Of a DNA stretch of 64,000 nt, positions 47,355 through 59,213 are shown one piece after another (the first letter of the stretch is position 1; the number at the start of each line of letters is the position of its first letter). The DNA lies in NCBI GenBank assembly GCA_025594325.1, contig JANHCV010000007.1, forward strand, positions 868,001-932,000, read 5' to 3'. This DNA comes from Blastocladiella emersonii ATCC 22665. Taxonomy: Eukaryota > Fungi > Blastocladiomycota. The notes under the pieces were generated by a model. The model was not told the origin of the DNA, did not search any database, and saw only the letters and a program-made list of their open reading frames with translations. The position numbers and the translations under genes are program-made.

Positions 47355-47436
47355 GGTTTAGAAGTGTGTTGATCTTCGTCGCTGGGGCGAGCGGGGAAGA
47401 GCGCTCGAGTTGATTGGGCGGGGCTAGGCGCTGTGT

Positions 47437-47449
47437 GTGGCGCAACACG
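47437..47449 (-). promoter_or_regulatory. Conserved 13-bp upstream motif of the array genes (plus strand GTGGCGCAACRCG)
   Basis: Found 83-112 bp upstream of the ATG of copies 1 (47437), 2 (54830), 4 (57435), 5 (59043) and 6 (61139); partial in copy 7 (62744). Confidence 0.75.
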
Positions 47450-47795
47450 ATTTCGGGCTGGCTCGCTCAACTCTTCGTGCGAGGTCAGCCGGGGTGAATA
47501 AGATATGAATACACATGAATGAGAGAGGGAAAACACAACATCACTCCTCGCGGTCGTGGTCGATGAACGCAACCATGGGGATCCCGTAGTTGGCGTCGCG
47601 GGGCACGTCGACCATGCGACCGTCGCTTCCCATGATGGCCGCCGTCGCCGTAGTGCGCGTGTACAGCTCATCGACGAGATCGCGCGACGCCTTGGCAAAC
47701 TTCTTGCCGAGCGGCCCGTCGCGCTGGTTGAGCGCCCCCATCATCTCGCAGTACAGTTGCTGCAGCGGTGGGATTTGGCGCCGGTTGATCCCCAG

Positions 47796-47814
47796 CATCG
47801 CAAAACCTGCAGCA
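47796..47814 (+). repeat. Left terminal inverted repeat
   Basis: CATCGCAAAACCTGCAGCA; exact reverse complement at 53702-53720. Confidence 0.97.
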
Positions 47815-48100
47815 GCGGTTCGGGGCCCGATCGCGGCCGGATCGCGGCCAGAAAGCAGCATCTGGGCCGGATCTGTGGTATTACCCTGACGCGGACCGGA
47901 TCTGGCTCAGACGCCGCGCGGGCGGCGCGAGCGGGGTCGGGGCAGCGTCTGGGCAGCGTTGGGGCGGTATCCGGCCCAGATCCGGCCCTGATCGTGCCGT
48001 GATCCTGCCCTGATCTCGCCCAGGTCCGGTACAGAGGCTGCCGTGATGCCGCCGCGAAGTGCGCACCGATCGTGTCACGATCCCGCTCGCATCGTGGCCG

Positions 48101-48221
48101 GATCCGGGCACACGTCGCAGTCAGATCCTGGCCATATCGTCGCCAGATCCGGGCCATGTCGCGCTCAGATCCTGGCCGTATTGTCGCCGGATCCGGGCCA
48201 TGTCGCGCTCAGATCCTGACC
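48101..48221 (+). repeat. About 44-bp subterminal tandem repeat x2.7 inside the left end of the transposon
   Basis: GATCCGGGCCATGTCGCGCTCAGATCCTGGCCGTATTGTCGCCG-like units start at 48101, 48146 and 48190. Confidence 0.88.
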
Positions 48222-48375
48222 CAGCCGGGGAGTCATCCGCATAGCATTCGGGTATATATATATACAATATCATCATATCGGAACACGCTTGGGCGGCCGG
48301 CCGGCCGGCCTGCCCGCCCGCTCGCCCGCCCCCACCCCACGGTCAACAGCGTGTGCGCGCGCGCGCGCCCTTGGC

Positions 48376-50161
48376 CTACTTCTTGGCCTTGGTCTTCGTT
48401 CTGCGCGGCATCGAGATGGCGAGCGCCGCGAGCGTCGCCGCGCGCTTGGCGCTGGGCTTGCGCACGCGCGTCGACTTGGCCCGCGTCGCGGGTGGCGCGT
48501 TCTTGACGTTATTGGTTGGGTCCGTCTCCTGCGTGACTTGAGCATCGGACCACGCTGACTCGTTGTCCTCGGCGCGCTCGTCGTCCTCGATGACGCCACC
48601 CTTGGACGCCGCCGACTGGCGCAGCTTGGCCTCGGTCTGGCCGTCGACCACGCCCGCTGGATCTTGAGCAGCAGCCGCAGCATCGACGGCCGCGGCCGGC
48701 GAGGTGAGCCCGTGTGCCGCGCCGACTTGGGGCTCAACCATGGACCTGCTGGTCGATGTTGCACCAGCATCGACACCTGCAGCAGTGGAGCGATGGGCTG
48801 GGAGGTGGGAGCGATGGCATGAGCGTCAGCGTTGGTCACTCGGACGCGGAGACAGCAGCGAAGGGAAGGGAGCATACGACGAGGCCGCTGCTGCAGTGGC
48901 GGAGGTGGTGATGGCCGAGGTGGTGGCGGGGTCGGCAAACGTGGACGACGAAGGGGACTGGCGTCGCTCTCGCCGCCCTCGTCATCGAGAGAGGGGTGGG
49001 AGAGCGGGAGCGGGAGCGGGGACGAGGGGAAGGGCGCGGTTGTAGTCTCAACAGGCACGAGCGAGGGCGCGCCAGTGGCGAGTGGGATTGTGGCTGAGGT
49101 CGAGGCCAACATGGTGAGCGACGCCAGGCCGCTACCGTTGCCGCTGCGCGCGAGCAGCTCAAAGATACCGGGGTCGAGGCCGTTGTGGGCAGCAAGGTGA
49201 AGAGGCGACGCCGGGTTGCTGGGGTTGATGAGCATCGACGACGTGTTGCCCGACGGCATCTCGACCGCGTAGCCCGAGTCGGAGAAGGGCACGGCGCCAG
49301 CGGGTACCGATGACAAGGCCGAGGCCGCTGCTGGTGCCCCGGCGATGGCGAGGCCAGACGCGGGCGTGGCGGTGCTCGGCGGCGGGGCAGTGAACCACGC
49401 GAAGCCCGTACCGTACCCACGTCGGGCACACGTCTCGCGGAACAGCACCGAGAAGCCGGTCACCTTCTCGGTAAAGTCGGGTTCCGCCACGACCTTGCAG
49501 AGCTTGGTGAGGTTGGATTGCTGGTCCGACTGGTTGCGGAAGTCACCCCACCCCTTCGCGGGCGACAGGGCCGAGCCCAGCTAGGCAGCGCGCGCGCGCA
49601 GGGGTGAGCAGGCTGCAGAAAGAAAGCGGCGGTGATGGCGGAGGCGCAACGTACCACGGCGAGAAGTAGAGCGAGGAAGCACTGGGCGCAGTTGACCTTG
49701 AGCACGGCCCCGTCCAGTTCCTGCAGCACCAGCACAGCGATGGATCCAAAGGATACATTCGCTATGAGGGCAAGGTCGGAGGGGGAGGGGAGGGGCGAAT
49801 GAGGGGTACAAGTCGTGTCGAGGGATGGGCAGATGCACGCAACATACAGTTCACGGACGACAGGAGGACGCCGTCGAGCAGCACCTCAAGGATCGTGTTC
49901 GGGTTGCCGGCCGCGTCGAAGAGCACGTTGTTGGTCCACGCAGGCTCGAGGACGCCCATGTTGCCGGCCTTGGCGGCCTTGAAGGCGGCGTGCGCCGTGT
50001 CCCAGGTCCCTGAGGCGATCGAGGCGTTGTTGACCAGCTTCTGCTTGATGAACTTGAGGACCAGCGTGAAGAGGTTGGAGCTCGTCCGCCGTCGTGTCGA
50101 GCGGCAACACGGCAGGCGCCGAGCCGGACAACGGGCTGGGTGCGGGTTGGTGCGACGCCAT
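48376..50161 (-). pseudogene. Transposon accessory gene (ORF-A), four exons, with a frameshift near the start
   Basis: GT-AG introns join SNLFTLVLKFIKQKL...NPNTILEVLLDGVLLSSVN|SNVSFG...FLALLLAV|LGSALSPAKGWGDF... to a basic C-terminus. The ATG at 50161 is out of frame with SNLF; restoring 2 nt near 50090 fixes this. Confidence 0.65.
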
Positions 50162-50407
50162 GACGGGCGACGCTCGGGACGCGAGATGGCGGTGACGGTG
50201 GCGGTGGAGGGCGGGTGGGTCGGATGCCAGCAGGTCGAGGGTGGCGGGTGTCTTGTGGGAGCGGAAGCGACCGAGGCCGAGCAGGCGCAAAGTCAAGAGA
50301 GGGGAGGGAGAGCGGGAGCGGGAGCGGGCGGGGCGGGGCGAGGGGGCGCCCCCTCTTCGCCTGCCTCTTCGCCGCCGCTGTGCAGCAGGCTGTGCAGCAC
50401 GCCGCCG

Positions 50408-50458
50408 AACGCGCAAACGCGCCAACGCGCCAACGCGCCAACGCGCCAACGCGCCAAT
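50408..50458 (+). repeat. 8-bp microsatellite (AACGCGCC) x5-6 between the two divergent transposon genes
   Basis: Direct reading of 50408-50458. Confidence 0.95.
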
Positions 50459-50597
50459 CACGTGCTCGGCGCGTCGCTGCCTCGCCGCCGCGCCGCAATC
50501 TCTCCCGCGCGCGCGCACGCCAACGCTGGGCCGCCCACGCCCAAACTAGTTCCCATGTAACTGCCCGCAACTCGACCCGTCCACCCGTCCATCCATC

Positions 50598-52577
50598 ATG
50601 CCGCCAGCCGAACCCGGCCGCCCCGTCTCCCGCTGGCACGCGGCCGCTGTCGCCACCGCTGCCTCTGGAGCCGCCGCGCCGGCCTCGTCTTCGTCTTCGT
50701 CATCGTCGTTGGTCGCAACGAACCCGACCGCTTCCACTGCGCCTGCCGCATCCGCCGCGCCTGCACCGTACACGGCGCCGCCTCGGCGGAGCGCCCGCCC
50801 GCGCAAGCCCAACCCGCGCGCCAACCTCAGTTGTATCCCGCCCTGCACCTTCAAATCCGATTCGTACGCGGGCCTGCACATCCACGAGGCCAGCTGTCAC
50901 GTCGTCGACGCCCTCCTGAACCAAAATGCACGGGCCCCGGCCGTTGCGTCTGGGCACCAGCCGGGTGAGATCTGCCGCGCCGCGCCGTCTGGTCCCGGCG
51001 GGGTGTTTACAGCTCCGCCACCACCTCCGCTACCACCTCCGCTACCACCGCTGCAGCAGCAGCCTCAGCAGCACTCGCAGCACTCGCAGCACTCGCAGCT
51101 CAAGCAGCAGTTGCAGCAGGATGTCGTCATGCAGGACTCGCCCAAAAACGACTCGCAGGATGGCGTCGGCTCCACCGAGGACGCCGGGACCGTGACCAAC
51201 CTCAATGGCGACGTTGTCATGGAGGACGCCAACGCCGAGACCGTGACCAACGGCGCGCCCGCTCCCGTCGCTGAATCCACGTCCGCTGCGCCCGCCACGA
51301 CCGTGCTCGCCTACGGCGCCAAGCTCCCGATTGGCAAGCACCGTGTTCTGGGAACGACGCTGCCCGTGCCCATTGGCCACGAGCCAATCCCGCGCGCCGT
51401 CCAGCAGTCGCCCACCCTCACCAACGCGCCGTGGGACCCGTTCCCGGACTTTGTGTCGTGGTGCTTTACCTTCTTCTGCATGGTCAAGGCCGCGCTCTCG
51501 GACTGCAAGATTGACGCGCTCATCAACCTGATCAACCTGATCGCCGCCATCGTCATTGTCAACAAGTTCGGCAACCTCAACATGTTCCCCGACCGCCCGC
51601 TCGTCAAGCTGCCCAAGGGCATCGTGCAGCGCAAGCTTGTCAAGAAGAGCGCCTTCTACTGCAAGTTCAAGTGCTCCGTGCTCACAGACTCGGATGGCAA
51701 CAAGTACAACTTCATCACGCTCAGCGTCGTTCCCTTGCTGCTGCGCGGGTCCCGCCACGGCGTCACGCTTGACTGGCTTGGGAACAAGTTCCCAAACCTC
51801 CTGCACGGCCTCACCAAGGCCATGGCCAAGCACGTCCTGCTTGACATCGAGTACGTACTCCCGCATCACTGCCCTCTCTCGAAGTCATGCACTGACGCCA
51901 TTCTCCTGTTCGCTCCCTGTCCTTTTCTGCCACCCAGCAACCGCAACGCCAACGCTGCGCTTCGTCCCAAGGACCTTACCGATGCTGCTGGCCGCGTGTT
52001 GCAGGTCTGCGGGTTCCAGTGCATGGAGATCCATTGCACAAGCGACCTCAACCGCCAGCCAATCGTTGAGATCCTCAAGGCCCGCATCACCAAGTCCCAT
52101 GGTCGCCTCATCAATGACTTTTTTGTGGTACGTTTAACCTCGCCTTGTTATCTTCCTGCCGCTTTACACCACTTGTTACTGATCGCCTCCCCCTGGCGAC
52201 AAACCCAGGCTTGACGCAGCAACCAGGGCGGGCTCAACATCATGGAGCCCATCCTCTTCCTCGACTTTGCCGTCAAGGGCTTTGACAACCGCTTCCAGGT
52301 CGCCATCAGTCGCTGGTTCTCGCGGTTCAAGCCCAACAGCAACACCATGCTCGCCCGCGACGCCATCACTCACCTAATCCAGGTGCGCCGCGAGGACGGC
52401 CTTGCCGTCGTACCCGTTCCCGCCATTGTCGGCCCTGTCCATCTCGTGCCAACGTTCCTCAAGCACCTCGTCAACGGGAAGCCCAAGAAGAAGCCGTACT
52501 ACCACCTTAATTGGTTCATTGGCCGCGAGCAGTTCTTCCAGGAGTCTGACACGGCCTTCGACTCGATCCTGCGCTGA
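50598..52577 (+). CDS. Plavaka-like transposase derivative lacking the central catalytic region (about 600 aa after splicing)
   Basis: N-terminal zinc-finger-like CIPPCTFKSDSYAGLHIHEASC and PWDPF...AALSDCKIDALINLI. C-terminal SRWF...DAITHL...VVPVPAIVGPVHLVPTF...YYHLNWFI. No DDE-core motifs in between. Introns 51851-51937 and about 52128-52226. Confidence 0.72.
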
Positions 52578-52773
52578 GCAACGCTCGCCCACCATCCCCA
52601 CCCCGCCGCGCTCGCCCCTCCTCTCCACCACGTTTGCAACCGCCATGGGCTAGTCCGGCTTGGCTTCATTGCATTCTTTGCCTCACCCAAGTCCGTCGGT
52701 TGCGCACGGCTGGTCACACACAGCTGCAACTTCACGCGCGGTCCCGACGGTCGCCGGCCCACCACCATCTCCG

Positions 52774-52869
52774 CCGACGCCGGTTCTCGCTCGCCCGCGG
52801 CTCCGCTGACGCCGGTTCTCGCTCGCCCGCGGCTCCGCCGACGCCGGTTCTCGCTCGCCCGCGGCTCCG
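52774..52869 (+). repeat. 32-bp tandem repeat x3 inside the transposon
   Basis: C[CT]GACGCCGGTTCTCGCTCGCCCGCGGCTCCG at 52774, 52806 and 52838. Confidence 0.95.
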
Positions 52870-53701
52870 CGGCGGCAGTCGCATCGGCTGCGCGCGCCGC
52901 AACCTATGGCCCGCACTCCGCCTACTCGTTTTCGCGGGTCGACGGGCATCATCAACAGCGCTGAGCCGCCCGACAAGCGTGCCGCCGCGCGCGACCGTGC
53001 CTCGGCGGCTCGCCGCGCCTTGGCGCTTGTCGAGATCTCTCGCGCGCGCGACTTGGGCCCGCCGCGCAGAAGACAGTGGCGGTGAAGCCGTCGCCGCCGG
53101 ATCGTTCCGACACGCGCCACCTCGCTCAAGACCCGGCGCGGGTCAAGTCGCCGCCGTCCTCGCGCGCTGGACCTCGCGCTGCCGCCGCCGCGGACCGTGC
53201 CACCGCAGCGGCCGTGTGGCCGGCCGGGCCGACTCGCGGCCATCGCATCAGCTCAGCAGCCACCGCTACGCACGGTGGCCGCCGCCGCCGCGGTGGTCGC
53301 TGCTGCCGCGTCCCCACGCTGTCCACCAGTCCCTGGTGGGCGGGTATGGCGTCGCCCACGGCGGGCATCGCGACCACGTTGCGCAGCGACTACTCTCGCT
53401 CGCCCTCGCCCCGCGGATCGACCCATAGCAATCAATACATGCATTTGATACTTGACACCGCGTCCCACCGTCCCGCCGCCGCGGCTTGCGGCCATGGCAG
53501 CTGCAGCTCACGGCCAAGTCCCCCGTCTGGGCCAGATCTGGGCCTGGCAACCAGATCTGGCCCGGATCTGAGCCAGACGGCTCATCTGGGCCGGATCCCG
53601 CCCCGACACCCAAGCCCCTCCGCGCGCGCCCACCCCGCCACCCGCGTCTGAGCCGGATCCGGCCCAGAAGCGCAGTCTGGCTCAGATCTGGGCCAGAGCG
53701 G

Positions 53702-53720
53702 TGCTGCAGGTTTTGCGATG
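53702..53720 (-). repeat. Right terminal inverted repeat
   Basis: TGCTGCAGGTTTTGCGATG, followed by CCAG. Confidence 0.97.
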
Positions 53721-54953
53721 CCAGGTGCGACACAAAGCCGACGTTGGCCTAGCTCGGAGCACGTCAGTGGTTGAGATCACTCGTTGCGGAGAGAAGACCG
53801 TACCAAAGTCGCAAGGGTCGCGATAAAGAAGGGCGCAAGGCCGCGGAGCGTCGCCAGCTTGGCCCCTGCCGCGCTGCCGCTGCGCACCACGCGCTCGTTG
53901 AGCCGCCCAAGATACGCCTCAATCACGTCGAATCGCCAGCCTACATTCGCGTGCCGCGAGTCAGTGGATCAGTCAGCGGCTGTGATGGTTCAGAGTCAGG
54001 GTCCCAGGCAGCCGTACCCTCCCGCCAAGTCATCGCGCGCTGCACGAGCTTGACCAGGAACGGATGCAGCGCAAACTCGAAATCACTGTCGCCCGTCGGT
54101 TGCTGAATCATCCAGTGCAGGTTGAAGCGAGCGTCCAAACGTTGTCGTCCGCGTCAAGATTTGGTAGGGTTGGGAGGATCAACGCGGTGCTTTTGGTCTT
54201 GAAGAGCCAGACGGAGCACGATGGATGCCAGGTGCGAGCGAAGGTAGCGCTTTGCCGGCAGGAGCATCTTGTAGTACTAGAACAGTCTGTGCGTGAGCTT
54301 CGTTTTCTCAAAGGTCAGTTGTGAGAAAACGTATGTCGTCAAATTTGAGAAGCTCGCCCTCGCTCTCTTTCTCGCTGAGGAGCTCGACATAGTCGGCGTA
54401 GCAGTGCTTCCGAACGACTTCGGGCTTGGCAAAGGGACCGTAGACCATGACGCTCGCGCGGAGCTGCAGCCAGAGTCCCGGTGACTGCTTGGACAGGAAC
54501 ATGTTTTGCTGGCGCTTGGTTGCGGGGCTATCAGATGCGCAAAGGTTGCATGAGCTGTAGAAGGACTCGCATTAGAGGGAGAGAGCGGCACTAACCCAGC
54601 GTCGTCCTTGTCATCATCGTCATCTTCCTCACTGGGCACGTCTGACAGATCGTCCACGCTCTCCGCCTTGACCGAGCTCTCCTCGAGCTTTACATTTGGC
54701 GAAGCCCCTTGAGGAGAGCATGAGGTTCCATGGCCTGCTGATACGTCAGCGCATACGTGCGAAGGGAGGGAGAGGGGATCAAACCGCTGATGAAGGCCAA
54801 GCGTCGGTGCGCGTTTCAGCCTCGCCGGCGTGGCGCAACGCGTTTTGGCCTTCCGACATCGGGCCGTCAGACTTGGTTGACCACCCGCAACGATCGAGAC
54901 GGGCGACCAACAATCGATTCCGTATTATACACCACAAGCGCACACAACATCCA

Positions 54954-55872
54954 TCACTCTTCCTTGTCGTCGCTGCCGAGGAACGCCACAAGCGGGAGCC
55001 CAGACTGCGCCTCGCACGGCACCTCGCCGATCCTGGCTTGATCGTCGACGCTCGAGTCGTGGATCAGCTTGCGGCACTGCTTGGCGAACCGCGTGCCAAG
55101 AGGCCCGTTCTTGTTCTTGAGCGCCTCGAAAAGCGTCGAGTAGAAGTGAAGCAGCGGCGGCAGGTCCTTGGCCAAGACGCCCAGGTGGTTCGTGATGGCG
55201 CAGTTGATCTGTTTGTAGTCACCGGAGTCAGTCTCAAGGTTCGGAGGTTCCCGAAACGTTGAAGACGAGAGAAACGTACGGAGCAAACCATGGTGAGCAC
55301 CATGAGCGGGGCGAGCTGGTCAAGCGTGACAGGCGCAGGCGGGGGTTGAACGAGCGACTTTTGGGCCACGCGCGCGTTGAGGCGGTCGAGGTACTTGCCC
55401 ACGGCCGCAACACAGTTCTCTGAATGCCGAAGGGCCGTGTGAGCGCAGAAGTACAGCAAATCATTTTGGCAAAATTACGTACCGTCGCGCCAGCGAAGTG
55501 CTCGCTGGACCACGGTCACGAGGAATGGGTGAAGGTCGTAAACGCCGGCGGTCCCGTCCTCGGCCGCCACGAGCATCCACGCCAGGCGTTGCGTTACGTT
55601 GCGTCGCGGAGCGATGGGCATCAACGCGGACCGGCTCGACGAAGGCGCGCGCAGCCTCGCGTCAATCACCACGTTTTGATTACCTGATTTCGGAACGCGT
55701 CTTGCAGCAGGGGTAAAAGCACCCCTGCTCGCAGCGCGAACCTGCGCAGAGTGCCCTTTGCTTCTCCCACTTTGCAGCACCACGGCACGAAGTCATCAAC
55801 ACGATGGGACGCGGATCCGCGAGACGCGATCGGGCGCCGTCGAGGCGCTAGTCTCTGCCGCGAACGCGGCAT
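54954..55872 (-). pseudogene. Array gene copy 3 (subtype C), 5'-truncated
   Basis: The last three exons are recognisable (LAWML...LHPFLVTVVQRALRWRDG; YLDRLNARV...VTLDQLAPL; GPLGTRFAKQCR...SGLPLVAF). Exons 1-2 and the 13-bp motif are missing, and there is a frame change near 55675. The 5' coordinate is approximate. Confidence 0.7.
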
Positions 55873-55932
55873 GGGGATCGACCGAAGTGGGTATATTGAT
55901 ACTATTGTGAGAATGGGCTCAAAGCTCACTGT

Positions 55933-57323
55933 TCACTGTTCACGCTTGACCGCCGAAATGAGAGCGAGTCCCGTATCCTCGTCGCGCGACACGTCGCGCG
56001 TGATCTCGCTCAGCTTGGCCTGCGAGATGTGCTCGCGTAGCATCTGGTCGACGAGGGCGCAAGAGTCCGCGACAAACTGGTCGCCGAGAATGCCCTCCGG
56101 GTCGTTGAGCGACGTGATGGCCTCGTTGTACAGCTGCTGGAGCGGCGGAAGCTGATTGCTGTCAAGGACGAGGTGCGAGGCAATCCCAACGTTGGTCTAC
56201 CGGCGAGCGCGCAAGGTGAGTCGTCTGGGAGGCGGTCAGGAGCGAGGATCAGACCGTACAAACGTCGCGATGGCGACGACGATAAGCGGTGCAAGTTGGT
56301 CCAGCGTGACACATTTCGCCTCGGCCTGCCCGTTGGTCCGAACCAAGCGGTCGTTCACGCGCTCGAGATAAGTCTCGATGGCTTCGAAGCTATTGACTAC
56401 AGGAGCGCGCTTTGGTGAGCTATACGCGTGCGTGTGCATCGAGCACGCGGCGAGGAGGCGAGCGAAGGCGGGCACGTACGATTGCGCGAACCGTCGCGCC
56501 AGGACATGGCCCGCCGCACGGCTTGGGCGAGGAACGGGTGCATGGCGAAGCTGCTGCTCTCGTCTGCGGTCTGCTGGACCATCCAGTGTTGTTTGAACTC
56601 GAGGCTCCGGATAGCACATGTCGATTCGAGAGGAGGCAGCGCGGGCAGGATGTCGGCGCAGGTACGGTTCTTGAGGATCTTTCCCGCCCACTCATTCAAG
56701 GATCGGCGACACTTAAGCACCGTTTCCGCGAACAGCCAGCGGTACTAGCACACCGCAACGAAGCGTCAGCTTTGCGCACAAACGCGGCGTTGCGGGGTCG
56801 CAAGTACCTCTTCAAAATTCATGTGCGGTCCGTCCCCGCCAACAAGCGCGATGTAGTCGGCGTAGCAGTAACGACGAATAACCTCGGAATCCGCAAACGG
56901 CCCGTACACGTAAACGCTCACGCGCACCTGCATCCTCACCTCCAGCGGCACGCCGCTCAGCGCCGTGCTTCGCCGGCGCCGCTTCGTGTCGTTCCTGGGG
57001 AGAGCGAAGGGTAGAGCGTGAGTTCACGGCCACCGGTCTCAGCTGCGCCGGCTAGACACTGAGACGTGCCCGCGGTCGTTGCCATCCTCGTCCGCCTCGG
57101 CCTCCTCGGCCCCATCATCGCTGAATTCATCATCCTTATCATACTCATCATCGCCATCCTCTGAGCTGCTGTTATCATCCATCGACGCAGGTTCGCGCGC
57201 TTGAGGGCCGAGCCGTGGCCGCGTAGAGTTGGGGCGACGCAGCACCAGCGGAGCGGGTTTCGGCGCGGCGAGCCCGCGAAGGCGACGGCTTTGCCGCGGC
57301 CGTGACTTTGCATCAAGTTTCAT
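55933..57323 (-). CDS. Array gene copy 4 (subtype A), apparently intact
   Basis: MKLDAKSRPRQSRRLR, acidic tract, QVRVSVYVYGPFADSEVIRRYCYADY, MHPFLAQAVRR, VTLDQLAPLIV, LPPLQQLYNEA. All four introns keep the frame. Confidence 0.78.
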
Positions 57324-57567
57324 GGTAGCGTGTGCAGGGTGCAGCGATCTCGGCGTGCTTTGGCGGAGAGATGAGCGGAGCGTACCTGAGCGAGCGCGAT
57401 GGCGGTGTGCCGTGTTTCAGGCCCAGTCACCCGAGTGGCGCAACGCGAGGGATCCGTCGCTCCTCGGCGTTGCTCGTTGAACTTGGAGTGCGGATTGAAC
57501 GGGCAGAGGATTCAAACTCTGAATGTATTGAGGCAACTATTGAGGTATGCAGGGACATGCTTATTCC

Positions 57568-58952
57568 TCACTCCGCGCGTTCACGCTTGGTGAATGCCGC
57601 GACGGGCAGGCCCGAGTCAGCGCCGCGCGGCACGTCGTTCATAGTTTCGCGCAGCTTGATGGACGAAACACGTCCTTCAAGCAGCTGGTCCACGAGAGTG
57701 CACGAGCCGTCGACAAACTGCTTGCCGAGGATGCCGTTCGGATCGGACAGCGATGCCATGGCCTCGTTGTACAGGTCCTGCAGCGGCGGCAGTCGAAAGT
57801 GATCAGCGCCGACACGCGTCGCGACGGCGACGTTTGCCTATAGGTCACCGGGATGAGTTCTCGGCCGACACAACGTGGAGCAACCGAAAGGAACGTACAA
57901 ACGTGGCGATAGTGGTCACGATCAGCGGCGCGATGTGGTGCAGCGTGACGATCTTGGCCTCGGTCCCCTTGATCCGCGCCATGCGCTTGTTGAGCCGAAC
58001 GAGGTAGGCCTCGATCACGGCAGCGCTGTTGACTAGGTTGCGGTGCGAAAGAAAATGACGGGTGTTAGCGGAAAACAGTTTGGCGAGAGGGATAAGTGAG
58101 ACGACAAACTTTCGCGCATGTTCTCGCGCCAAGCGAGAGACCGTCGAACGATCTCGACGAGAAACGGGTGTAGCGTGCCGAGCGGTGCTGCATTCGAGTC
58201 GGCCGGCGCCGCGAGCATCCACTTCTGGTTGAAGGCAAGCGTTCGCAGCTCACTCGCAGCGACGGTGGTCGGAAGTGCTGGGAGCGGGACGTGGCGCCGG
58301 TTTTTGAAGATTTTGGTTGTTATCTCGGCCGTTAGCCTTCGGCATTTAGCAGCGAGCCCCACGAATGCAGCGTGGTACTAGAGTCGCACGTGTTAGTTGG
58401 ACCCGCATCCTTGGTGCGAGCGTGTTAGGGCGGCACCTCGCCAAACTGCATGACTGAGTCCGATTCGCCAGTAAACTGCTCCATATAGTCGGCGTAGCAG
58501 TGGCGGCGAACGATCTCGCGGTCCGCGTACGGCCCGTGCACCAAGATACTCACACGGAGCTGGTTTTTCAGGACCGTGGGCAGGGCATTCAGCTCCGCCG
58601 CCCGCCGCCGTGCCCGTTCTTTGTGGTCTGAGCTAAATTCCGCAATACGACACGGCAATGAGTTGGTGCTATCGATAGCGAAAGCGCAACCGGGACCGTA
58701 CGGGCGAGCCTTGTCCTCGCTTCCGTCGTCGCCCTCGCTCACATCGACCTCGGACTCCTGCTCCGACTCGCCGCTGCTCGAGAGATCAGACAGTTGACCT
58801 TCATTGGGAGCGGAGCTCACCTTGGCCGCCCGGGGACGCAGGCGCGGCCGTGAAGCGACAGCAAGCGGTGACTCCACGGGCACGGCGGCAGGCTCAGACC
58901 GGTCGCGGAGACGTTTACTACGGCGCACTGGCGCGTTTGCATGAGGTTCCAT
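57568..58952 (-). CDS. Array gene copy 5 (subtype A), apparently intact
   Basis: MEPHANAPVRRSKRLR, QLRVSILVHGPYADREIVRRHCYADY, LAFNQKWM, LHPFLVEIVRR, VTLHHIAPLIV, LPPLQDLYNEA, DVPRGADSGLP. GT-AG introns at homologous positions. Confidence 0.82.
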
Positions 58953-59213
58953 GGTCGAGAAGCGTCGGTTGCTGTTGGGCCGGAGAGGGCGAGCGGCTCG
59001 AGCCTCATTGCTGGCCGAGCAGGTCGGCGCTCGACCCGTGGCGTGGCGCAACGCGATTTCCTTGTGCCATCCCGACTCCTCCCTTCGACTCAGGCTCTTT
59101 CGCGCCCATGGTGATGCGATCGAGGAAAGAGTCACTTAGGGGATACTTTTTATATACTCCTATCTACGCAACTGCCGGCTCGCGAGACGAGCTGTTCATG
59201 GACGAGGGGTAAC

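Larger units (their letters stand above)
47796..53720. mobile_element. 5925-bp TIR DNA transposon, Plavaka/CMC-like, non-autonomous
   Basis: Perfect 19-bp TIR CATCGCAAAACCTGCAGCA at both ends, with about 200 bp of imperfect inverted subterminal GATC[CT]GG repeats. Flanked by CCAG (47792-47795 and 53721-53724). Removing it restores the host frame ANVGFVSHLGINRRQIPPLQQLY. Confidence 0.93.
47541..54731 (-). pseudogene. Array gene copy 2 (subtype B), interrupted by the TIR transposon
   Basis: The last exon is split at 47796-53720. There is an exon 1 deletion/frameshift, an intron 2 donor reading ATACGT instead of GTACGT, and two frameshifts in exon 3. Confidence 0.88.
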
